Below are positions 14,028 through 24,839 of a stretch of DNA of 64,000 nt, one piece after another. A model generated the notes under the pieces. The model had not been told where the DNA came from. It saw nothing but the letters and a program-made list of their open reading frames with translations, and did not search any database. A program made the translations under genes and the position numbers. Origin of the DNA: Trichinella spiralis (taxonomy: Eukaryota); contig NW_003526945.1 of NCBI RefSeq assembly GCF_000181795.1, positions 5,369,306 through 5,433,305 on the forward strand. The letters are read 5' to 3'. The stretch's first letter is position 1; every line of letters starts with the position of its first letter.

Positions 14028-16004
14028 GGTCATTTAGCAGTAATAATTTCAGGAATTCCATTCAATTGATCGTCAAGAAACCTAAATTAGTAGAATCGCA
14101 ATACATTCGATACAATAACAAAAAAATTCTTGCAATGAATCTTTTCTTTGTACTTACGCAATATTATATTAGTTTCGAAACATTTGACGATTAGTTACAA
14201 TTACGGAATTAGAACATCTTATTAGTTTCTAATGTAATACATTACATCTCATTTTTGCTATTCCATTGTTTGAAGCATTCTAATCAATGTTTTTCAAACA
14301 TATATGAAAAGTTACAACAGTCGCTTAAACTGAAAAAAGAATGCCATTTTCTAAGCAGTGCAATCGAACTTATTAATTAGCAATGAAAAGTCATAGTAAT
14401 GCATTAACGTTGTATTTTAAACTTTCTAATTAATTTTCAATAAATTTTTAGACTATTTGAAAACCATATTATCTAATAAAGCTTCCGTTTACCGTACTGC
14501 TTTCCAACACGGCATACATTAGCATTCATTGATGAGATTCAAATTCCATTTATAAAATATAAAAACCCGCTTTCTACAGTTATTCCATTGCGCCTCACAT
14601 AAGTTAATTACTTTCTTACAGTCGTACTATGTTTATGTTTCCTTAATTTAAGAGAACCTGAATTATAGTTTTGCATTACAAATTTTATCTCAAAAAGAGG
14701 AAATTATATGTATAGTAAAAGAATAATATCTCCATTAGTAGCATTACTCTCTGATAACTGTTGATTACATTGTTTGTGATGTTTAAACGTTCCTACGCTA
14801 ATAGTATGTTCAAACGTGATAAGCTATACAATTTACTAAAATCACATATTTTACTTAGGGTGAGACATTCTATAATTACAATAAACTACACCGATTAATA
14901 AACATGACAATAAGTTACAGATCACATTTATGAAAACTATAGAAAAAAATATTATCAAAAATTCAAATTAAAATTCAAGATATAACAAACACGTTTACTA
15001 AACCAACAACATCTTCTCTTTGTTCATATACATCAGGTCTACAGCATTTTCTATAAATGCAGAAAAATTAATTAGAAAAACATACAACAATAAGGAAATA
15101 CCAAACCTGCTAATACAGGAATTTTCCGCTTCGAACTGTCGAGAAAGTCATTGCAAACACGCCGTAAGAAGTTTAATATCAATCAGAGAAACTTAAGCTA
15201 AATAAGCGTACAAAGAACAAACAAATGAAAATTTGCATGAAGCCTCTTCCATGGAATCAATAAGGTAGTGTAGAGGTGATGAATTATATTAGACAGTCGA
15301 ATCGCCACATTTGGGCAGTTGCCGATGAAACTCTGCGTAACATTTTCATCCATCAGTGTAAAAGTCACGATTTACACATCTAAAATTATTTATTCTATTT
15401 GATACTCAACTTAATAGCACATCATTTTGCATTTCATACAACATTAAAAACAAATTACGTATGCATCATTTTTCAAATTGAAAATATCAACATGGTCATT
15501 TCTTATTTCGAAGTTACTGATACAGTCGAACGTGGTTAAGTGCACACGGAATTTGGCAAGAATTTCCATCCAAGAATTCAATTTGTGCACAAATGTAAAA
15601 TGCAGTAGTACATCACTGCAATTGCGATCGTATTACGCTTCAGTTTAATGTCACAATCACAATAAGAAAAAAATATATTCAAGCAAATTTGAGCGATTTA
15701 ATAAACAAAAATTATTTCTGAACCATTCAAAAATCATAATTGAAATGTTGAAACAAAATACAGTTTATAAAATATGCCTGGATAAAAGTTAATTCACGTA
15801 ACATAAACCAAAATATGCAAAACAATTTTTTATAATTTATTTGATTTTTATGAATGTACTTCAAAATTTAAAACTGATTTTCAAGAACCATTAAAAACTA
15901 AATTTTAAAGTACAGTATGACAGTGTCACACGTCATATTAAAATCAGTTTATTGCACTGAACGGTTTGAAGTCACCACCCAGCAGCTTGTGACCACGACC
16001 AGAA

Positions 16005-16625
16005 ATGAATTCCCAACGAAACTCGTACGAAGAAGTGTTCGAGCGAAATGAACGTTTGCTTGAAGTACTTCAAAGTCAAGAGTCCGAAGAGGTGAAAAAG
16101 GCTATTTTGCAACGCCACATTAGAAACGCATTCATGCTGCCAATGTTTGCCGACATCCCTACTCCACCACCACCAACTGGAGAAATAATAGAAAAACGCT
16201 TCATAGTGTTTATTCCGACTAATGGATGTCCCTTTGACGTCTATCTGAGAATAATCGGCCCTCGTGGTAGTACGGTGAAATCTATTCAAAGGACTACTGG
16301 ATGTAAAGTTGTTTTGTATCGTGAAGGTCCAGAGATGGTACGCATACATATTTATACAATGGATTATGAAAATGTTGCCGATTGGAGAATCGGAGAAGCG
16401 AAAAAACGAATTACGGAATTGATAAAAATTCCACTTGATGGGCAGGACACAATCAAAAAGCTGCAGTTGGCGGAACTGGCGGTACACAACGGTACTTTCA
16501 TGAATCGCTTGGCACCGCCAAGCATGCGGCAGAACAACTCCAGATTTGTTGGAAATACATCACAGCCAAGGCAGAACTACAACCAAGTTCCAACCAGCAA
16601 CATGCGTCGTCGTTACTTCCAGTAA
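16005..16625 (+). CDS. STAR-family KH-QUA2 RNA-binding protein (Quaking/GLD-1/ASD-2-like), single exon
   Basis: 206-aa ORF with KH GxxG loop RIIGPRGSTVKSIQRTTGCKV and QUA2 helix QDTIKKLQLAELAVHNGTF (QKI has EDSLKKMQLMELAILNGTY). AATAAA signals near 16898-16917. Confidence 0.9.
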   Translation: MNSQRNSYEEVFERNERLLEVLQSQESEEVKKAILQRHIRNAFMLPMFADIPTPPPPTGEIIEKRFIVFIPTNGCPFDVYLRIIGPRGSTVKSIQRTTGCKVVLYREGPEMVRIHIYTMDYENVADWRIGEAKKRITELIKIPLDGQDTIKKLQLAELAVHNGTFMNRLAPPSMRQNNSRFVGNTSQPRQNYNQVPTSNMRRRYFQ

Positions 16626-18552
16626 TTGAATGTTTTACAATGGAATTGTTAGTTACCAATACATTATTTAAAATTTTATATTAATGTTCAATTATAATTT
16701 TTCAGTTACTGATCACTGCTGTAATGGCAGTCTTAATTTTACCAATGGGAACGCTATTTTCCTTATCATTGAATCAATTTGTATTGAATTTCAAAAATCA
16801 TCATTTCACGTAAAAAATGATTGTTTAATATTAATGTCAATGTGTTTTGTTCTTTTCTTTTAATGTTTGGTGATTCGTTGAATTTGATATTCATTGAAAA
16901 TAAATATAATTAATAAAAATATTCATTGATTGTTGTTGTTCTTGTTCAACTAATTAGCAGATGCCACACTAAAATCAGCAACATAATGTTGTCGCATAAA
17001 AGCTATCCTATGATTATGAATTATTTTTTGAATTGCCAGTATCGAAATTCATCTGTTGAAACGGCAAAAAAAATATAAGAATATATGATGGAAAAATATG
17101 CACTTTAGATTCACATAAATATACAAGGAGAACAAAGTGCTCGATGATTATGCAAAAAAGGAAAACGTAACTGAGATTTAAAAAAAGTAGCCAAAAGAAT
17201 ATTATTTTGAAATTACAACTTTTTCTCTAAATATATACTGCAGAATTAAATCCAAAAAATTGCAGTTTCTCACCTAAAACAGGCATGGTGGAGAAAGGCG
17301 TTTCAAAGTTTTGAAATTAGAAAAGCAAATTTTCACGATGGCTAAAACTAAAACTGATTTATTTTCTGCGACTCAATAAAACTATATTAAATTAAACGTT
17401 TTCTGGAAACAGTTTCAATTGAAGCTTTCAACCCATTTTATTTTTTTATTTATAACCTACAATTTCCCATAATTAAGCATAAGACAGATTTCTATCTCAA
17501 AAATTAGGAAAAGCCTACAAATCATTTTTTCAAAAAAAAATTACTGAAATAATTGTAAAAGAACAAATATCACCTTGACAAAATTTATGTTATGAAAACA
17601 TCCTCATGGGAATTTGGTATTTTCAGCTGGTTACATTCCTTAGTGATTAATGTCCTACTGGTGATAATGGATTGGAATTTTTCAATAATTTTTAAATAAG
17701 TGCGTTAAGATATAACGCACGTAACAGTGAAAAAGTATGAAAATCATTTTAAAATATTTACTCAGTAAGAATGCTGATTCCAAATTTGTCTAAAACGAAT
17801 TATGAACATTTGAAACGAATAACACTACCCGTTGGTTGCATTGGTAAATTTATTGTAAATCAAAGAAAAGAAAATTATTTGTTTTAATTCCTTAGCTGAT
17901 AATGAATGCGATATTTGAAACTGTCGAAAATTTTTCTATTTATCAATTGCTACAGTTCACCAAAATTAACATGAAAAATTTTCTGCAATGTAGAATACAA
18001 TGTTGGTAAGAAACAGAAAGCAGCATCAATGACGGTTAAAAAAATAACATACCAAAATGTGTCAACAGCTGTAACCAGGTTGCTTGTCAAATGCCGGCCT
18101 GCCAAGTTTTCAGATAATAGGCTATCCAATGATGGCATATTCAGCACTGCACTTTCTATTCTATGTGTAATCATAGTGTTAAAACGTCATTACCGAATGA
18201 ATTTAACTCTTGAAAATTATTATTTGTTATGGAAAAAAATTTCAGTTGTTTATTATCTAAAAAATTCTCTGTTTTGATACTTTTCAAAAATAAACTATAA
18301 AGTTATAAGTGAACCTGCTCAGTTAATACTTGATTGTTATTAATAATTACTGTAATTTTATTTAGAAATTGTTTTCTATTTGCACGTCTAAAATGAGCTG
18401 ATGTGCAATAGTTTTTGTTTAAATAAACTTATTTTGAATCATATTTAATGTAATTTTGAAAATGACATTTGATAAGAAAAGAATGCACACAATATGCCAC
18501 TAGTATACGGATGTTTTATTCATTGTAGTATATTTTTGTTTTGTAGCCCAGA

Positions 18553-19891
18553 ATGTTGCCTTTGCTCGCCTCGCGCCGACTTTGTGCATCGTCGAATGGT
18601 TTCTTTGTTCTTTCCAATTTACTTAGAGGAGTGGAGCGACTTGACAAGCATATTTACCGGTAATTGTGTGTCGTGTTGAAATTTGTGCAGTATATTCGTT
18701 GCTTATTTTTAAATCGGGATTTTAGGTGTTCAGATCTGATTGAAGGTGTTGTCGCGAGTCAGAGGATTTTTGGGGGGCAAGTAATTGGACAAGCGCTCAA
18801 TGCATGTGCGGATACGGTACCGGAAAGATTTTTGCCGAACAGTTTGCACACGTGCTTTTTAAAAGGAGGCAAAAACGCTTCTTCGTTGTTGTTTAGGACA
18901 CAACAAAGTGAATAAAATGTAAACTGCTTCAGGTGACACCAATAAGCCGGTGTTGTATTTGATTCAACCGCAACACGATAGCGCTACGCGATGCTGCCGA
19001 TCGGTGGTGGTCAAACAACAGGAGGATACTATCATCTCTTTGTCTGTGGTTTATCAGAAGGTGAGAAAGATCAATTCTCGGTAGTTTAAACATTTCACGT
19101 TTCAAATTAATATTTACAACACTGATGTCCGCCAAGTAAATTGATTATTGTTTTTGAAGTTTTAATGTTATTAATTTTTGTCTTGTTATTGTCTGTGTCT
19201 TCTTGACTTTAGCCTGAATCAGTGTTGGAAATTCACCACGAAGACAAGATGCCAGAGGCACCGGATCCTGACCAATTGCCGAAGTGTGATTCTTGGTTTC
19301 ACACATATTTGAAATTGCGTGGTGCAGAGGAAATTGATTACATGATCGTGGACATGCTGACCAAAGGCATCTCGCACACTTTCGACTATCGTGAAATACA
19401 GTTTTACAATAAATCGAATTTAAATTTGCCAAGAAATCTTTTCTGGGTCAAAGCACACGAATCTCTGAGTAAGATGGGAGAATTGTTTTTCTTTCTCATT
19501 TTCTACATTGTCGTTGTTATAATTACAGAAGGTTCGAGGCCGTGCATACATCACGCGGTGTCATCGTACATCTCGGATACGCTGATGATCGCCGCTGCCC
19601 TGCGACCACATGTCGAACTGTTCACCAAAGTGACGCAAATTGCATCGCTGAATCACTGCGTCTGGTTTCACCGACATGATTTCAGCAGTGACCAGTGGAT
19701 GCTTTACGAAACGTTGAGTACCGTAGCTGGTAAAGATGATTGTTCTTCGTAGGTCGATTGAAATGTGAAAAGTGATCATTTAAGCTGGAAGTCGGGCATT
19801 TGTTACCGGAAGAATGTGGTCCCAGGACGGTCGGCTGATTCTGTCCGCTTCCCAGGAAGCGTTGGTGCGTATCAGCGAACAGAACGTTTGA
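18553..19891 (+). CDS. ACOT8: Acyl-CoA thioesterase 8 / TesB family, 6 coding exons
   Basis: Exons 18553-18659, 18726-18868, 18933-19060, 19213-19468, 19529-19729, 19785-19891 splice in frame. Motifs RIFGGQVIGQAL, NSLHTCFLKGGD, SYISD, IASLNHCVWFH, WMLYE and GRMWSQDGRLILSASQEALVR match the double hot-dog TesB/ACOT8 family. Confidence 0.9.
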
Positions 19892-20235
19892 AAGAGTAGT
19901 AATAAGTAGGTGAGTAGTGTGGAACATTTCAAAAAAAAAGTTGAAATTTATTTTCAATTCAACACATGATCATTCAAAATTCAAACATTTTACCATATTA
20001 CAGGATCGGATACCATTGTCTGCTTTCTGAACTCCATTGTCGTCCACTGCTGTTGCCAATCCAATAAATAACACCCCGGTGTTCAAGTCGTAGGTGAAAG
20101 TTGTGTGAAAAGTGAAAATTTTCATTCCAATCATCATCATTACCATTATTCGTGTGACTATCGATTGATGGATGATTTAAAAAATTGTTGCCGATTGTTT
20201 GAAATAAATTGATGATTTATTTGATTGTTGCGCAT

Positions 20236-21775
20236 TTATTGATTTTTGATCAGGTGAAGCATTTCGAACAGCACTGGACAAAGTTGGGACATTTTCAAGC
20301 GACTAACCAAAGTCGACAATTTCTCAACAACGGCTTGTTCGAATAGTTGAAATTTGCCTCGCAAATCCAACTGTTCGTACAACGACCGCACCTCTTGGAT
20401 CATCCTCTGCTCAGATTGGGCGTAGTTTTGCTAAATGACCAACTTTTTGTTTCTCACAATAACAGTGAATGGATGAAGAGAAAATTATTCATAAATTCAT
20501 CCATTAATAAATTAAATTTAAATTATTCACTTTTACCCAGATAATTTTCAGCCGATCACCGTCCAATTTGGACATATCGACGGCGGTCAACAGCAGCCAA
20601 GTCAGCTTACCGCACGCAATGTCCGAACTGTGCTTTTTCGTAACCCATTCATCGCCGAAACAATTCAAATAATCATCCTACAGTAGTTAGTAGCGGAGCG
20701 AGAAGAAGAAGAAGTGAAAATTTTGAATCAATAAAAAAAATCAACCAACTTTTGCTTGAAAATAGAATCCAAATTCGTAGCAGATGTTTTTCAATTCAAT
20801 TTCCACTTCTTCCAGCTGAATGTCAGCCTGATTGATAATGAAATTAAGCATAAACAACAACAACAAATAAATAAATAAATAAGTGCATCAATTGTTTGTT
20901 TACCAATAGCAAGCCAACTTTCAATGGAAACCAAAAAGAATAATGAGCAGTTTTGTTGGTCACCAGTTCACGGTACCGATCCCAAGAGCAAGTATCCGGT
21001 CGAGCTTTTTCCATGTCCAATTTCTGTCCCAGAGATGTGATCACCGTGGCCTGGACAAAATACAATGAAAGAATCAATCCGAGTTGCACAAACACAAAGC
21101 AAAACTGTTAATATATTATTATTATTATTATTCACCTCGACAAAGCTGGATACAATTGCATGTTTCTGCGGATGATCGTCCAGAACAACCGACGGCAGCC
21201 AACTGGCAGCACTTTGCAACAAAACGCCGTCATTGATCCCACTCAGACCAACCTGCAATTTGTTATCATCACCGTTGTGTGGACAAATTTGCTTCAAATA
21301 CCACTTGCCGAATTTGTCCGTTCAACATACTTGCCTGTACCAGCAAGGCTTGCCCCGCCTTGTGCTGGCATTGTCCATAATGTCGTCTTGGATCAAAAAT
21401 CCAGCGTGAAGCTGAAAATGGAAAACTGTGAAACAGAATGAACCGAGTCGGAGAAAATGCCGCCACCCCCCCCCACCATTTCCACCGCCGAGGCTATAGT
21501 GTGGGCTTTTTGTGCCAGAGATGTCCGGTCGTCGAAAAGTACGTTCGCTTCCAACGCGCCGGTCAGCAGTCGTCCACGAATCCCCTTGCCGCCAGCAGTT
21601 TGTTCGAGCAGCTGAAAATGATGAAAAGAATCACTGGTGGAAACGAAAGAAATGGAAATGGAATAGAAATTATAATGGAATAGAATTGAATTGGTCCACT
21701 TACATTGGCAACGTTGGCAAGCAGTTGTTGATTGTTGGTGAAGCGACGTAAAGCTGTCAACAACGGTTGATTCAT
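20236..21775 (-). CDS. FDPS: Farnesyl-diphosphate-synthase-like trans-isoprenyl diphosphate synthase, 8 coding exons
   Basis: Exons 21775-21704, 21611-21477, 21411-21331, 21252-21136, 21050-20904, 20827-20750, 20677-20537, 20430-20236 join in frame. Motifs [58 protein letters not shown] and [13 protein letters not shown]. Confidence 0.9.
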
Positions 21776-22502
21776 TTCTCCACCACTGAACTGCAACAAA
21801 CTACAACGCTGAAAAATTAGAATCCAACACATACACACACGAAAGTAAGTGAAAAAAAATAAGAATATACATATACATATGCAATCACAAATCGCATGTG
21901 GAAAAGTGATTTGCAACAATGCTGGCAGTATGACAACGAAGCAGCTGGGTGAAAAGCAACACAACCAAAAAAAATCCCAAAAGAAACACACACTTTACTT
22001 TGCAAAAAACATTTTCGAAATAAATGATGAAACAAAAAAGAAAGAAAAGAAATAATCATAATAATAAAGAAACAAATCCAGTGGAAAATTAATCAAATTG
22101 TGATCCGTTCAATAGAACAAAATTTATGAACAAATTCATGCTGCTCTTCAACATACTGAACTGCATTGGCGTGGCGTGGAGGATGATGTGTTGTTTGGAT
22201 TCAAAATTTCATCGAAAATGTCGTATTGGGCAATGGAAAAAAACGTCATAGCGAGAGAAAAAGAAGCAACAAAAAGCTGAAATAGAATGAAGAGGAAAAT
22301 TTTGGAAAAACAATACAAGCAATAGTAGATATATATATGTATATATGGACATTCTAATCCGGCTTTTGTCGTTTTTTTGTCATTCAATTGTTGATAAGTG
22401 AACTACCGGCCTAGCGAACGCTAAGAGAAGTGAGAAGAACAAACAAACAAACAAACAAAACAAATAAACAAACAAACAAACAAGGCACGACGATGACGCA
22501 TC

Positions 22503-22534
<32 letters not shown>

Positions 22535-22705
22535 TAAGAGAAAGAGAAAGAGGATAGAACAAAACAATTGCTGCTGTTGGAAGAGAAAAACCTAAGAAAA
22601 ATTTAAAAAAAAGAGAAGAACGACAGAGAAGAAGAAGAAGAATAAGAAGAAGCAAATCCAAAATTCCCCCTCTCGTCCTGTCGTATGCCCACCCCAACAG
22701 TAAGA

Positions 22706-24839
22706 TCAGTCGTCCCATTCGTTGTCCTGGTCCGAAGAGGAACCTTCGGATTCGGATCTGCCGAACACGTATTCCATCCGTCGTTTCAAAATTGCCGCCA
22801 CGTCGTGACCCTCCTTGGCCGCGTTGCTTTCCCTCTTCTGCTCTTCTTGGCGATCGACTTTCTTCAGCTGAATGCCCTGCCGAATCGCCTTCAACAAATC
22901 CGACCTCGTGTCGATCACCTCGACCGGCACGCCTGCACTGAATGGAAGAGGCGCTTTAGCCGGACGTGCCGCATCCCCTCCAGCACCAACCGCCTGGCCG
23001 TTGGCAGGCAATGACTGTTGTTGAGAAGAGGGCGGTGGCGGTGGCGGAGGTGGAGGTGGTGGAGGCGGCGGTGGTGGAGGTGGAGGGGGTGGAGGCGGCG
23101 GGGGCAAGGCGTCACTGCTTGCCGGGTTGCCGATGGGGCTTTGGTCGGGGCGCAACGCCACTTCTCCAACGTGGGCAGTTGACAACGGCGGCGGGGGCGG
23201 GGGCAATTCCGGAGAAACCGACTTGACCGCCGTCGGGCGGTGTCCATTTTGAAACTGCTGCCCCATGGGTTCGTCGACCGTGGTTTCGTGGAACTGCCGT
23301 CGTTGGTCGTCTTCTCCGAGGTGCCAGTTTTCCATGCGCACAGTCAGCTCTTGGTCACCATAGTAGCACGGTCGACCGTGAATCGACGACGACTGCACGT
23401 CCAGTGGGTTGGTGGACAACGGCTGACCAGGCGGAAGGGGAGGCGGCTGCGACGGCCTCAGCGGCGACTTGCACGACGAGTACTGGTCGTTGGAAGCTGC
23501 TCCGTTGTTGTTGTCGTTGGTCGGTGGGCACCACCGCCCTGACTGTCCGTACGAATAAGCGGACGACGACTGACCAGTGCCCACCCGAGAAGTGGGCATC
23601 TTCGTCAAGCCCGTCGTCGACTGTTGTCGATCTCGTGCGGTGGTGGTCGTGGTCGACGCGGAAAAATTATAATCCGCCGGCATCCTCGTCGATGAAGTTC
23701 TCGAATCGACCGTCGAATGGATCACCTTTTGTGCACCCGCGTCCAAAGCTGCAACGTCCACGACATGTGCTCTTTGCAAAGCGGACATCTGCTGCTGTTG
23801 CTGCTGCTGGTGGTGGTGGTGATGGAGGTGGTGATGGTGTTGAATAAAATTCTCATTATCAGCAGCAGCAGCAGCAGCAGCAGTAGTGGTAAAAGATGAA
23901 TTTTGTGATAGATGAATGCGTTGTTGTTGATCGGCAAAAATCGGCTCTTCCAACGGAATGTACAAATCGCTGTCAGCATTAGCTAAATTTTTCCTCGACG
24001 TTGCCAAATATGGCGCCGCTTGTTGGCGGCTTTCCAACTGCTCCGTTCGTTTTCTTCCATCATGGACATCTTTCAATTTGGCATTCTAAAAACGAGACTA
24101 GAAACATGAACAAAACAACAATCTGAACAGATCAAGTGCTTCTTCACCGCTTTGGTCGCCCTCTTCGCATTATCGCCATTGCCCAACATCTCGCAACGCC
24201 ACAGTTCGAAAAAATAATCCGGATCGGTGTAGAATTTCATCGCGCTCTTGCCGTCATCTCTGCCGATCGAAATAAAGAAAATTATGCAAATTTAACCAGG
24301 ATCAAAATTCAACTGCACTGTTACCTGAAACAGTCGAGCTTGTCAAGACGAGGAGGCGGACAACAGCGCTGGTAACGCAAGCCCATGGCCGTCGGCATGG
24401 TGTGTCGACTGAGCGACTGTTGGTCAATTAACGGTTTGCTTTTGAACGGCTTGCGCAAGTAGAAACTGCGAATCGAAGCTAGCAAATTGAACAACAAACA
24501 AAAAATAAAACGATCATTGAACAAATAAACAACAACAACAACAAGTAAACAACAGGGATATTGTGTACTTTCGTCAATGCCGCTGTCCAAGTCGTTCACT
24601 TTTTGGCCAAGCGAATCGAGTCGAGTTTGGAGCAAATTGGTGCGGTGTTCAATTTTAATCAAATCTTTGCTCAATTCGGCAAACAAATCCTCGGCGTGGG
24701 AGCTCAACGAGCCGAGCTGGCGGATCAGATTGGCCAAAGTGCCGTTGGCAATGCACTGGAGCTCTTTGTCACGGACCCCCGACGGTAGCCTGTGCCGGCA
24801 AAGCAACACCGGCGACACTTCGCGTTTCGTCAACGGCAT
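22706..24839 (-). CDS. wve-1: WAVE/SCAR Arp2/3 activator (WASF family), 4 coding exons
   Basis: N-terminal WHD MPLTKREVSP...ELQCIANGTLANLIRQLGSLSSHAEDLF, YTDPDYFFELWR, polyproline tract, WH2 (RSDLLKAIRQGIQLKKV), central DVAAILKRR and acidic DNEWDD*. Exons 24839-24569, 24478-24325, 24259-24148, 24085-22706. Confidence 0.96.

Noticed and set aside
15972..16487. 171-aa ORF antisense to the STAR gene
   Set aside because: Shadow ORF of a real coding exon with no domain signal.
22685..23979. Multiple overlapping ORFs over the last WAVE exon
   Set aside because: By-products of GC-rich, repetitive codons.
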